DNA of 62,156 nt from a virus. Its lineage: Duplodnaviria; Caudoviricetes. The notes under the pieces were generated by a model, which saw only the letters and a list, made by a program, of their open reading frames with translations, was not told the origin of the DNA and ran no database searches. Shown here piece by piece: positions 24,855 to 34,427 of this stretch; the first letter of the stretch is position 1, and each line of letters starts with the position of its first letter. Where the stretch lies: the IMG/VR virus record IMGVR_UViG_3300027857_000485, positions 1-62,156 of that record; one strand, 5' to 3'. Made by a program: the position numbers and the translations under genes.

Positions 24855-25831
24855 ATCAGCCCCTCGTGCTGGCCCAAGAGCATGGCGAAGACTGGACCAT
24901 CTGGAATGCCGATTGCGTCGACGTGGCGCGCGGCCTACCGGACAACTCTGTGCACTTCACGATCTATTCGCCGCCGTTCGAATCGCTCTACACCTTCAGC
25001 GACAACCCACGCGACATCTCCAATAACAAGAGCGCGGCCGTGTTCTGGGAGCATTACCGCTTCCTGATCAAGGAGATGGTACGCGCCACCGTGCCGGGCC
25101 GGCTGATCGCCACCCATTGCATGCAGCTCCCGACCAGCAAGACCCGTGATGGGTTCATCGGCATGCGCGATTTCCGCGGCGAGATCATCCGCGCCTTCCA
25201 GGCTGAAGGCATGCACTTCCACTCCGAGGTGATGATCCGCAAGGACCCTGTCTCGGCCATGCAGCGATCCAAGGCGATCGGCCTCTTGCACAAGCAGATC
25301 TGCAAGGACAGCGCCATGAGCCGGATGGCGGCGGCCGACTACATGGTCATGATGCGCAAGCCGGGCGACAACCCCGAACCCATCTCGGGGCCATTCGATG
25401 CCTATTACGGCGATGAGGCGCCCCCGGAAGGTCCTCTGCGCAACGAGAACAGCCAGGGTGTCGACATGCTGCGCCCAGGCGATCCCTGGTTCTCCGTGGC
25501 GGTCTGGCAGCGTTACGCCGAGTCCTGCTGGATGGACATCAACCAAAACGATGTTCTCTCGTTCCGCTGCGCCCGCGAGGAAGCCGACGAGCGGCATATT
25601 TCCCCGCTCCAACTCACGCCGATCCGCCGTTGCATCGACCTGTGGAGCAATCCCGGCGATGTCGTTTTTAGCCCGTTCGCGGGCATCGGGTCGGAGATCT
25701 ATTGCGCGGTCGAGATGGGCCGCAAGGCGATCGGCGTCGAGCTGAAGGAGAGCTATTTCCGCCAGGCCATCGCGAACCTGCGCAGCATCAAGAAGGCGCA
25801 GCAGTGCCTATTCGATGGCGCTGCCGAATGA
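24851..25831 (+). CDS. N4-cytosine/N6-adenine DNA methyltransferase (beta class)
   Basis: SPPF catalytic motif before SPFAGIGS SAM-binding motif; GTGA-coupled. Confidence 0.9.
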   Translation: MNQPLVLAQEHGEDWTIWNADCVDVARGLPDNSVHFTIYSPPFESLYTFSDNPRDISNNKSAAVFWEHYRFLIKEMVRATVPGRLIATHCMQLPTSKTRDGFIGMRDFRGEIIRAFQAEGMHFHSEVMIRKDPVSAMQRSKAIGLLHKQICKDSAMSRMAAADYMVMMRKPGDNPEPISGPFDAYYGDEAPPEGPLRNENSQGVDMLRPGDPWFSVAVWQRYAESCWMDINQNDVLSFRCAREEADERHISPLQLTPIRRCIDLWSNPGDVVFSPFAGIGSEIYCAVEMGRKAIGVELKESYFRQAIANLRSIKKAQQCLFDGAAE

Positions 25832-26007
25832 CCGAAGGCACCTTCCAATTCATCCCGCACCACCGCCGCGCCGAATACGAGGCGAAGGGATGGACCGTAT
25901 CCGACGACCTGTCCGACACGCACAACGGCCGGCATTCGGTGCTGATGAAGGCGCCGGATGCAGAGCCGGCGAGCGCCGGGATAGACCTGGAGGGCGGGGC
26001 GCGATGA
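25828..26007 (+). CDS. Hypothetical protein
   Basis: ATGA-coupled at both ends. Confidence 0.6.
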   Translation: MTEGTFQFIPHHRRAEYEAKGWTVSDDLSDTHNGRHSVLMKAPDAEPASAGIDLEGGAR

Positions 26008-27413
26008 CGGTTCAGCTTCGCCCCTACCAATCCCGCGCCGTCGCTGAAACCCTGGCCTATCTGCAGCGCGGCTGCCGCGGCGTTGCGGTAGAGAGCCCGG
26101 TCGGCAGTGGCAAAACCACGATGGGCATGTCCGTCGTCAAGACCCTGCTGGACGCCGGCAAGCGCGGCGCGTGGCTGGCGCACCGCGTGGAACTGTGCGA
26201 CCAGGCCAGCGAACGCGCCGCCCTGTATGGCATTCCGCACGGCCGCGTCATGCCCGGCCATGAAATCGGCCCCGAGCGGTTCCACATCTGCTCGGTCGAC
26301 ACCCTGGCCGCCCGGCTCGGCGGCATCTGCGATTGGCTGGAAAGCCTCGACTTCATCTTCATAGACGAGGCGCAGCACATCGTCGCCAGCGGCTGGAATG
26401 GCGTGGTATCGGCCGCGGTGCGGGCCCAACGCGTCGGCCTTTCCGCCACCTGGTTCCGGCTGGACGGCCGCGGCCTGGGTGAAGGCAACCATTTCGACCG
26501 TATCGTGCAGTGCCCCGGAAGCCGCGATTTGACCGCCATGGGCTACCTGGCGCCGGCGATCGTTTATTCGCCGCCGACCGATCTGGACATGCGCTCGGTG
26601 CCCAAGCTGGGCGGCGACTACAAGCTATCCGACATGGCGGCCGAGGTGCAGCGCGCCCAGCTGGCGGTGATTGGCCGGCGCTGGTATGCGCGCCATGCGC
26701 CGGGCCAGCCGGCGCTGGTTTTCTGCCCGACCGTGGAGATGGCGGAGGCTTCGGCTGCCGCCTACCGCGCCGCCGGCTGGAGCGCGCAATCCGTCGACGG
26801 CACCATGTCGGCCCGCGAGCGCGCCGCCGCCGTCAAGGGCCTCGCCAGCGGGCGCATCCAGATCCTGACGAGCGTGAGCTTGCTGGGCGAGGGGTTCGAC
26901 TGCCCCGAAATCGCGGTGGCGATCCTTGAGCGGCCGACCGAGTCGACCTCGCTATTCATCCAGCAGATCGGCCGGGCTCTCCGGCCTCACCCGGACAAGT
27001 CGCACGCCGTCATCCTCGACCTAGTCATGAACACGGCCCGGCATGGAATGTACGACGCGCCCAGGCCATGGACACTGGAAGGCGGCCTGAAGGGCCTCGA
27101 GCGCCAGGTCGCGCCGACCAGCCGCTGCGTCCGCTGCTGGCGCGTGCACGAGAAAGCCGACCACTGCCCCGGCTGCGGCTGCGGCTATCCCAAGGCCAAG
27201 AAGGGCGCGTTGGACACCGTCTGGCACCTGCCCAGCATCGCCGGCCGCCGGCCCGAGGTGGTCGCCGCCATGACGCTGCAGGACGCCGTCGAGATCGCGA
27301 CCTCGCGCCGGGATATGGAAGCCATCGCGGAACTGAAGGGCATCAACGACCGGGGATGGGTGGACAGGGCTATGCAGAGAACCGGCATCGCCGGAAGGCA
27401 GGCGGCGGAATGA
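26004..27413 (+). CDS. SF2 DEAD/DEAH-like helicase with C-terminal Zn ribbon
   Basis: LRPYQ, GSGKT, DEAQH, SAT, EGFDCP and QQIGRALR motifs. Confidence 0.9.
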   Translation: MTVQLRPYQSRAVAETLAYLQRGCRGVAVESPVGSGKTTMGMSVVKTLLDAGKRGAWLAHRVELCDQASERAALYGIPHGRVMPGHEIGPERFHICSVDTLAARLGGICDWLESLDFIFIDEAQHIVASGWNGVVSAAVRAQRVGLSATWFRLDGRGLGEGNHFDRIVQCPGSRDLTAMGYLAPAIVYSPPTDLDMRSVPKLGGDYKLSDMAAEVQRAQLAVIGRRWYARHAPGQPALVFCPTVEMAEASAAAYRAAGWSAQSVDGTMSARERAAAVKGLASGRIQILTSVSLLGEGFDCPEIAVAILERPTESTSLFIQQIGRALRPHPDKSHAVILDLVMNTARHGMYDAPRPWTLEGGLKGLERQVAPTSRCVRCWRVHEKADHCPGCGCGYPKAKKGALDTVWHLPSIAGRRPEVVAAMTLQDAVEIATSRRDMEAIAELKGINDRGWVDRAMQRTGIAGRQAAE

Positions 27414-27604
27414 ATTACGAATATCGGGATCGATATCCCGCGCCGCTGCAGCCACCGACATTGTCGGGTCATTACTTCCTCACGCGCTGCGACGGCTCTG
27501 GCAGGATTCGGGCGCGCGCGATTATCCGGCTGCGCGATTTCAGTGTCTGGGTCACCCACGCGGAATTGGCTGCGGCCGAGCGCAAGGGGTACGGACGGCC
27601 ATGA
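27410..27604 (+). CDS. Hypothetical protein
   Basis: ATGA-coupled at both ends. Confidence 0.55.
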   Translation: MNYEYRDRYPAPLQPPTLSGHYFLTRCDGSGRIRARAIIRLRDFSVWVTHAELAAAERKGYGRP

Positions 27605-29088
27605 ACGCGCTCACCGTCATGCACCCCGATAGCCCGGAAAGCCTGATCCCCGAGTTGCCCGTCGATTTTGAGGCTGAGCAAGCGCTGCTGGGCGCCGTCA
27701 TGATGAAGGCGAGCTTGGTTGAGATCGCCGCCGAGATCGTGCGGCCCGAACATTTCGCCCACGACGGCCACATCGCAATCTGGAGCGTCATCGCCGAGGC
27801 ATATGCCGAGAACAGGATCATCACGCCGCCGGGGATCAACGCCAGGCTCAAGGACGATCCGGCCTATATCGAGCTCGGTGGCGGCAAGTATCTGATGGAT
27901 CTCTGCGGTGCCGTCGTCTTGACGCTGCCAGGGTTCGTCGAGGAGCGCGCGCGCCGTGTCGCCGACATGTGGCTTCGCCGCCGCGCCATGATATCGCTTC
28001 AGGAAGCAGCCCAGATGCTGGCCAGCACCAGCGACGACATCACCGGCGCCGCGTTGCTTGAGGGGCTTGAGGTCGAGATCGCCAGCATCACAGGCGCTGT
28101 GACGGAAAAAGACCGGACCGAGCCCATCGCCGGCGCCGTCGAACTTGCTCTGGCGGCCATAGACGCCGCGTTTAAGGCCGACGGCAAATTGATCGGCGTC
28201 ACCACCGGCCTGGTTGATCTCGACGCGCGGCTCGGCGGACTGCATAACTCGGACCTCGTCATCCTCGCCGGCCGTCCCAGTATGGGAAAGACCGCCCTTG
28301 GCCTGACGATCGCAGAAGCTGCCGCGCGAAGCGGAAAACAGGTCGCGGTTTTCTCGCTCGAAATGAGCCGGGAGCAGCTTGCTCACCGGTCGATCTCCGC
28401 CGCATCGGGCATTGAGGGCGCGCGACTACGCCAGGGTACCGCATCGGGCGCTGACGTGGCCCGAGCCGTAGAAGCGGGCGCTGAGATCAAGGCGCTGCCC
28501 ATCCATATCGACGACACCGGCGGCCTGTCCGTTGCTCAGATCCGTACTCGGGCCCGGCGCGTTAAGCGCAAGCATGGCCTAAGCCTGATCGTTATCGACT
28601 ATCTGCAGCTGATGCGTGGACCTGGCACCGGCAGGGGCCTGGAGAACCGTGTGCAGGAGGTCTCGGAGATCACCCGCGGCCTCAAGGCTCTGGCAAAAGA
28701 ACTCGACGTGCCGATTCTGGCGCTGTCACAGCTATCCCGCAAGGTCGAGGACCGCGAGGACAAGCGGCCTCAGCTGGCCGATCTGCGCGAATCCGGTTCG
28801 ATCGAGCAGGACGCCGATGCCGTGCTGTTCATCTACCGGGAGCAATACTACCTGGAGCGCGCGGAGCCTAACCGCCGGGCCGACGAAAGCGACGACAAGT
28901 TCAATGCGCGCTACGCCTCCTGGGAGCGCCTTCTGGACGCATGCCGCAATACTGCCGAGGTGCTTATCGCCAAGAACAGGCACGGCAGCGCCGACAGCGT
29001 CAAAGCCCACTTCGATGGGCGCCTCACCAAATTCAGCAACCTGCACCAAGCGCCCAGCAGCGGCGCGGGAGATTGGCATGACCGGTAA
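27601..29088 (+). CDS. dnaB: Replicative DNA helicase
   Basis: EAEQALLG, AGRPSMGKT, IDYLQL, LSQLSR, DLRESGSIEQDAD and KNRHG motifs. Confidence 0.96.
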   Translation: MNALTVMHPDSPESLIPELPVDFEAEQALLGAVMMKASLVEIAAEIVRPEHFAHDGHIAIWSVIAEAYAENRIITPPGINARLKDDPAYIELGGGKYLMDLCGAVVLTLPGFVEERARRVADMWLRRRAMISLQEAAQMLASTSDDITGAALLEGLEVEIASITGAVTEKDRTEPIAGAVELALAAIDAAFKADGKLIGVTTGLVDLDARLGGLHNSDLVILAGRPSMGKTALGLTIAEAAARSGKQVAVFSLEMSREQLAHRSISAASGIEGARLRQGTASGADVARAVEAGAEIKALPIHIDDTGGLSVAQIRTRARRVKRKHGLSLIVIDYLQLMRGPGTGRGLENRVQEVSEITRGLKALAKELDVPILALSQLSRKVEDREDKRPQLADLRESGSIEQDADAVLFIYREQYYLERAEPNRRADESDDKFNARYASWERLLDACRNTAEVLIAKNRHGSADSVKAHFDGRLTKFSNLHQAPSSGAGDWHDR

Positions 29089-30052
29089 TCCATGGGCGAA
29101 ATTCTTCTGGAGCGACTGGGAGGCCGACAAGGAGCTCAGGATTTGCAGCCTGGCCGCGCAGGGCTTATGGATGCGCATGCTATGCATCTGCGCCGAAGCG
29201 GACCCCGTCGGTTTCCTCTTCGTGAGTGGTCGCCCCGTCTCCACCGACGCCCTCGCCAGTCTGGTCGGAAAGCCCTCGGATCAAATCGCCGAGTTGGTAA
29301 CCGAACTCGAAAATAACCGAGTTTTTTCGCGAGATCGGCACGGAAATATCTACTCCCGGCGCATGGTTAAGGAAGAAAAAGCGCGCAAAACGAACAAGAA
29401 AAATGGCTCAGTCGGCGGTTCAGTAAGTGCCCGAAATAAAAAGGGAATTTTCGCACCGCTCGGTGACGATGATGAGCGCGTTCCCGAGCGGCAAACAGAG
29501 CGCCCGGCAGAGCGAGCGCCTGAGCGGCCTCCCGAGCCCCATGGTAATAGCCAGAAGCCAGAAGCCAGAAGCCAGAAGCCAGAGGCTAGCTTAGAGCACG
29601 CCGAATTGCTGGAACTCGGAAATGCGATCCTCTCAGCGTTCGGCGTCGACCCGAAATCGTTCATGGGTCACTTCGGTCAGCTTCGAGACCTGAACGCTCA
29701 GGGCAACAGTCCCGAGACCATCTTGGCCGTCGCCCAGCGTCTCGCCAATCGACCCGGGTTCAGCCTGAGGGGAAATCCCATCGCCCTGCTGGTCAAAGCC
29801 TTCGCCGATGAACTGGCCAGGATGCGCACCGAGCAACGCCAAGCAGAGCCTATCGGTGACGCTGAGGCTGAGGATGAGCAATGGCGTCACCGCATGCGCC
29901 GCCACCAGGCCGGGAAGTGGTTCGACCATTGGGGGCCACAGCCCGGAGAGGCTGGATGCAGGGTTCCTCATCACGTGCTGGTCGAGATCGGGTTCGCGCC
30001 AGGCATCGGCGCCGTTAGCAACGAAACCGAGGAGGCCGACCATGTCGGATGA
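29078..30052 (+). CDS. Phage replication initiator (lambda O-analogue, YdaU-like N-terminus)
   Basis: PWAKFFWSDW..D..LR.CSLAAQGLWMRMLC; internal repeat region. Confidence 0.8.
   Translation: MTGNPWAKFFWSDWEADKELRICSLAAQGLWMRMLCICAEADPVGFLFVSGRPVSTDALASLVGKPSDQIAELVTELENNRVFSRDRHGNIYSRRMVKEEKARKTNKKNGSVGGSVSARNKKGIFAPLGDDDERVPERQTERPAERAPERPPEPHGNSQKPEARSQKPEASLEHAELLELGNAILSAFGVDPKSFMGHFGQLRDLNAQGNSPETILAVAQRLANRPGFSLRGNPIALLVKAFADELARMRTEQRQAEPIGDAEAEDEQWRHRMRRHQAGKWFDHWGPQPGEAGCRVPHHVLVEIGFAPGIGAVSNETEEADHVG
29474..29583 (+). repeat. Putative replication origin repeats
   Basis: GAGCG/GAGCC every 12 bp (29474, 29486, 29498, 29510, 29522, 29534) followed by AGCCAGA x5 (29549-29583); A-rich tract upstream. 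Confidence 0.7.
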
Positions 30053-30242
30053 AACCGTCACCATCCGCCTCGCCGCCGCCGAGGCCAGCGACATGGACCG
30101 CCGCGGCGAGCTGCGCACCTGGCTGGAACAGCAGGGCATGGACACGCGGCGCATGACCTGCGCTGCCCATGGCGCCGACCTGGTCTACGAAGGCGCGCCA
30201 GTCACAAAGGGTAACTCGGTGACAAAAGGTGACCGGCAATGA
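30042..30242 (+). CDS. Hypothetical protein
   Basis: RBS GGAGG; ATGA-coupled at the 3' end. Confidence 0.55.
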   Translation: MSDETVTIRLAAAEASDMDRRGELRTWLEQQGMDTRRMTCAAHGADLVYEGAPVTKGNSVTKGDRQ

Positions 30243-30460
30243 CCCGCGCCTCGACCATCGGCCGCACCGACGCTGCCAGGAAGGGCTGGGAGACGCGCAA
30301 GGCCAACGAAGCAAGCCGGGCCAGGAGGTTCGACGAGGTGCTGGCCGAGAACGTCCGCATCAAGCAGGCGACGCGCGACCTGCTGGCAGCGATCAAGACC
30401 GGCGTCGTGAACAGCTCAAGCCCGGTCTATCGGGCGGCGGAAGAGGCGATGCGGTCATGA
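30239..30460 (+). CDS. Hypothetical protein
   Basis: Coupled ORF. Confidence 0.6.
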   Translation: MTRASTIGRTDAARKGWETRKANEASRARRFDEVLAENVRIKQATRDLLAAIKTGVVNSSSPVYRAAEEAMRS

Positions 30461-30720
30461 GCGGCTACGAACAGACCAAGCTCCTGCGCCGAATCACCGC
30501 AGACGAGCGCGAAGCCCTCTTCGAACAGCAGGAGCGCGGCTTGGCGAAAGCGCGGGAAGACTTCGACCGCCCGAGCGATCCGGCCCTGCAGGCCAAAATC
30601 GAGGAGGCGGAGGCCCAGATTGAGCGGCTGAAGCGCCTCGAATATGAGACCGCCGATTTGCCGAACAACCGGCATGGGCGCCGCGCGGCTTCGGCCAGGA
30701 TAAGGAGGACGCAGCGATAA
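30457..30720 (+). CDS. Hypothetical coiled-coil protein
   Basis: ATGA-coupled. Confidence 0.6.
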   Translation: MSGYEQTKLLRRITADEREALFEQQERGLAKAREDFDRPSDPALQAKIEEAEAQIERLKRLEYETADLPNNRHGRRAASARIRRTQR

Positions 30721-30887
30721 AAGAGAAAATCCTGGCAGCGCTTCTGGCGCTCATCGTCTTGGCGGCCATGGGCATTCCGATTTGGCAATACGCGACGCTT
30801 GCCGGTCCTTGCCATGCGGCTGGCGGCGAACTCATGCGCGGCTGGACCAAGCCGGTCTGCGCAAAGGTGATCGAGGTGGGAAAATGA
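30717..30887 (+). CDS. 56-aa membrane/exported protein with an ATA start
   Basis: Strong SD TAAGGAGG; ATAA overlap with the upstream stop; hydrophobic N-terminus, 2 Cys; ATGA overlap downstream. Confidence 0.45.
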   Translation: MKEKILAALLALIVLAAMGIPIWQYATLAGPCHAAGGELMRGWTKPVCAKVIEVGK

Positions 30888-31156
30888 CGACCGCCGGATC
30901 GCCGCGCCGCGCCCTCAAGGCGCAAGCAAGAGGTATTGTCAAAAGTCTCAAGGCAGCAGCGAGAGGCGAGAAAATCGCCAACGATCCTGGCGGAAAGATA
31001 GCAGCCGCGCTGAAGCGCGACAGTTTCACCTTCGGCGTCGCTATGGACGACAAGGTCATCAGGATCGAGATGCCGTGGACGATGATCCGCGAGACCGATT
31101 CGGAGGCTTTGGCCGAATGGATGGTCGCCCAGATGCAGGAGGCGACATTCCAATGA
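30884..31156 (+). CDS. Hypothetical protein
   Basis: SD GAGG; MTTAGSPRR start. Confidence 0.6.
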   Translation: MTTAGSPRRALKAQARGIVKSLKAAARGEKIANDPGGKIAAALKRDSFTFGVAMDDKVIRIEMPWTMIRETDSEALAEWMVAQMQEATFQ

Positions 31157-31298
31157 AAAACCCCGGCCGCCGTTGGCGCGGCGCCGGGGTGTGCATCACC
31201 AGTCTCTGACAAGAAAGCCGCTAGCTCGTGCGGAAGTCCAATAGATACACCGGCACAAGCCCTTGTGGCAAGCGCCGGCCAGAGGCGGGAGATGTGGT

Positions 31299-32045
31299 AT
31301 GTCGGACAGGTGGTACGTGCTGGCGGTCGAGCCGCAATTCGACGCGATCGTGGCGAAGAAGCTGGCGCGGCCCGATCCGTTCTCCGGGCGGCCGGCGTTT
31401 CCGGTGCTCTGGCCTCACTTCAAGGTCTCTCGGGTCCGCAACCTGAAACTGGTCGAGGACATCGAACCGATGTTCCCCGGATACCTGTTTTTCCGCTCCG
31501 ATTGCCGCCGCGAGGCGCCGCAGCATTGGACGCTGATCAAGACCAAGGTAATGGGCGTCGCAGGCATTCTGCCGCTGCACTGCCAATATCCGTCGCCGGT
31601 GCCGGACAGCCTGATCGATCTGATCATGCGCTGCACCCAGGGCGGAGAGGCCAAGGTTTCCCGCGCGCAACTCGCCAAGGCCCTCGACGTCTATTTCCGA
31701 GAGGGCAAGCTGATCCTTGACGAATCGGTCGACGATCCTTTCGGCCAGGTCGATTTCATCCTCGACATCATCGACGGCCCTTTCGGTGGCCGGGCCGGCG
31801 TCTGCACCGCCGCCGACTACGAGACCGCGACGGTGCGGCTGAACGTCTTCGGCCGCGACACCGAGATCCGCATCGAGCAAGCGCATATAGGGCCTGAGAG
31901 GCGCAAGCAGGCCCAACATCTTGACAAGCCCAGTCGCAAAGGACATAGTCGGCGGAACCAAAAAGATCGCTCCAAGCTGACGACGAAGGCAGGCGAAGAA
32001 AACGCCGAGCCATTGTCGCGGCGTTTTCAGGAGGCAGTGCGATGA
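31299..32045 (+). CDS. NusG/RfaH-paralog late antiterminator
   Basis: WYVL, PMFPGYLF NGN motif and KOW IIDGPFGG..G; lies in the Q position before terminase. Confidence 0.88.
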   Translation: MSDRWYVLAVEPQFDAIVAKKLARPDPFSGRPAFPVLWPHFKVSRVRNLKLVEDIEPMFPGYLFFRSDCRREAPQHWTLIKTKVMGVAGILPLHCQYPSPVPDSLIDLIMRCTQGGEAKVSRAQLAKALDVYFREGKLILDESVDDPFGQVDFILDIIDGPFGGRAGVCTAADYETATVRLNVFGRDTEIRIEQAHIGPERRKQAQHLDKPSRKGHSRRNQKDRSKLTTKAGEENAEPLSRRFQEAVR

Positions 32046-32782
32046 CCCGCCGCCTCACCCCCCAGCACGAAACCTTCTGCGTCGAATACGCTTTCAACGG
32101 CGATGGCGCGCGCGCTGCCCGCTTCGTCGGCATCACAGAGAAGTGCGCGAGGAACCGCGCCTCGCTCTGGCTGAAATGGCCCGAGATCCAGGCCCGGATC
32201 GCCGAGCTGAAAGCCGAGCGGATCGAGCGGCTGCAGATCGACCAAGACGAGTTGGTTCGCCAGTGGGTCGAGATGGCGAACGTCGACATCAACGAGATCG
32301 TCGAGTATCGCCGCGTCAACTGCCGGTACTGCTGGGGCGTCGACCATGAATATCAGTGGACGCCAGCCGAGTTCCGCGCCGCCGAGCGCAAATACGACCG
32401 CTTGAGCGACAAGGTCAAGGAGCGCGAGCCGCCGCCTGCCGAGATCGGCGGCCTGGATTACGACATCACCCGCGCGCCCTGTCCCGACTGCCCGGAATGC
32501 CGCGGCGAGGGAATCGGCCGGCTGATCTTCAAGGACAGCCGCACGCTTTCCCCGGCCGCACGCCGCCTCTACGAGGGTATGCAGATCGGCAAGGACGGCC
32601 AGAAGGCGCTCCACGTGGACCGCGCCAAGCTGCACGAGATGATCGGCCGCGCCTTGGGCGCCTTCAAGGACAAGATCGAACTGACCGGCAAGGGCGGCGG
32701 CCCGGTCGCCACCGTGACCAGCGAGATGAGCGTCAAGGAGGCTGCGGATCTCTATGCTGCCTCCCTCAACCCTCAGAAATGA
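32042..32782 (+). CDS. terS: Terminase small subunit (with Zn-ribbon insertion)
   Basis: LTPQHETFCVEY..NG..ARAA; CRYCWG and CPECRGEG; IELTGKGGGPV. Confidence 0.9.
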   Translation: MTRRLTPQHETFCVEYAFNGDGARAARFVGITEKCARNRASLWLKWPEIQARIAELKAERIERLQIDQDELVRQWVEMANVDINEIVEYRRVNCRYCWGVDHEYQWTPAEFRAAERKYDRLSDKVKEREPPPAEIGGLDYDITRAPCPDCPECRGEGIGRLIFKDSRTLSPAARRLYEGMQIGKDGQKALHVDRAKLHEMIGRALGAFKDKIELTGKGGGPVATVTSEMSVKEAADLYAASLNPQK

Positions 32783-34421
32783 CGCCTGGCCGCCGGACTA
32801 TCACGCGGTCTTCGCCTGGCGCCTGGAGCAGCTGAACAGGTTCAGGGCTCAACCGATCCTGCTGCAGGGCGCCAAGGAGTTCTACCGGTCATCGGCCGGT
32901 GGCGCGCAGGCGTTCATCAATCACTGGGTCGACACCTACGATCCTCGCGTGGCCGGCAGCATCGACAAGCCGGCGCACATGCCGTTCGTGCTGTTTCTGC
33001 GCCAGGATGATCTGGTCGAGTTCCTGATCGGCTGCCTGCGCGACCAGGAAAGCGGACTGGTCGAGAAGTGCCGCGACATGGGCGCCACCTGGCTGTGCGC
33101 CGCCGTCTCGGTCTATCTCTGGCTATTCTGGCCCGGCGCCGCTGTCGGCTGGGGCAGCCGCAAGGGCCAGCTGGTCGACAAGATCGGCGACCCCGACAGC
33201 ATCTTCGAGAAGCTGCGCATCATCATCGGGCGCTTGCCGGTCGAATTTTTGCCGGCCGGATTCGGCGCCGACGAACACATGGCCTATATGCGGATCGTGA
33301 ACCCGGAGACGGGCGCCACGATCACCGGCGAGGCGGGCGACAATATCGGCCGCGGCGGCCGCAAGCTGATCTATTTCAAGGACGAGAGCGCGCACTACGC
33401 CCGCCCGGACAAGATCGAGGCGGCGCTGGCCGACAATACCCGCGTGCAGATCGACATCTCGTCGGTCAACGGTACCGGCAACGTCTTCCACCGCCGGCGC
33501 GAGGGTGGCGTCGATTGGGTGCGCGGCGCGCAGATGCCGCGGGGCAAGACGCGCGTGTTCGTCATGGACTGGCGCGATCATCCTGAGAAGACCCAGGCCT
33601 GGTACGACCAGCGCAAGGCGAAGGCCCGCGACGACGGCCTGCTGCATGTCTTCGCCCAGGAGGTCGACCGCAACTATGCGGCCAGCGTCGAGGGCGTGAT
33701 GATCCGGCATGAGTGGATTCTCGCCGCGGTCGACGCGGACAAGAAACTGCGCCTCACCGACACCGGGCTTTGGGGCGGCGCCCTCGACGTCGCCGACGAA
33801 GGGCCGGACGTCAATGCCCTGGCGCTGCGCAAGGGCATCTTCATCAAGTCGGTCTCCGAATGGGCGGCCCGCGATACAGCCGTCACCGCGCGCAATGCGG
33901 TCTCGGCCTGCACCGGCCTCGGACCCTTCGAGCTCCAATATGATTGCATCGGCATCGGCGCCGGCATCAAGGCGGAGACCAATCGGCTGGGCGACGAGAA
34001 GCTGCTGCCCGCCGGCCTGCGGCTGGTACCATGGAACGCCGGAGCGGGCGCCCAGAAGCCGAAAGAGCGAGTGATCGCCGGCGACAAGGACAGCCCGCTT
34101 AACGAGGACTTCTTCGAGAACCTGAAGGCCCAGGCCTGGTGGAACCTCGCGCGGCGCTTCGAGCGCACCTGGCGCGCCATCAACGAGCCCGGCTTTACCT
34201 GGCGGCCCGAGGATCTGATCGTCATTCCCAGCGAATTGCCGCTGCGGCTGAAGCTCGAAAAGGAGCTCAGCCAGCCCGTCGCCGGGAAAAGCGCGCGGCT
34301 GAAGCTGCTGATCAACAAGACCCCCGAGGGCACGAAGTCGCCCAACCTCGGTGACGCCGTCGCCATGGCCTTCTGGCCGGTGCAGCCGCCGACCGCCTCC
34401 TCGAAACAGCTTTCGATCTAG
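32754..34421 (+). CDS. terL: Terminase large subunit
   Basis: EKCRDMGATW Walker A-like, YFKDESA Walker B, LDVADEG nuclease and SPNLGDA motifs. Confidence 0.92.
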   Translation: MLPPSTLRNDAWPPDYHAVFAWRLEQLNRFRAQPILLQGAKEFYRSSAGGAQAFINHWVDTYDPRVAGSIDKPAHMPFVLFLRQDDLVEFLIGCLRDQESGLVEKCRDMGATWLCAAVSVYLWLFWPGAAVGWGSRKGQLVDKIGDPDSIFEKLRIIIGRLPVEFLPAGFGADEHMAYMRIVNPETGATITGEAGDNIGRGGRKLIYFKDESAHYARPDKIEAALADNTRVQIDISSVNGTGNVFHRRREGGVDWVRGAQMPRGKTRVFVMDWRDHPEKTQAWYDQRKAKARDDGLLHVFAQEVDRNYAASVEGVMIRHEWILAAVDADKKLRLTDTGLWGGALDVADEGPDVNALALRKGIFIKSVSEWAARDTAVTARNAVSACTGLGPFELQYDCIGIGAGIKAETNRLGDEKLLPAGLRLVPWNAGAGAQKPKERVIAGDKDSPLNEDFFENLKAQAWWNLARRFERTWRAINEPGFTWRPEDLIVIPSELPLRLKLEKELSQPVAGKSARLKLLINKTPEGTKSPNLGDAVAMAFWPVQPPTASSKQLSI

Positions 34422-34427
34422 GACCTC

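Noticed and set aside
23397-25831. Helicase plus methylase as a restriction or defence system
   Set aside because: No endonuclease domain seen; this pair is common in phage replication regions
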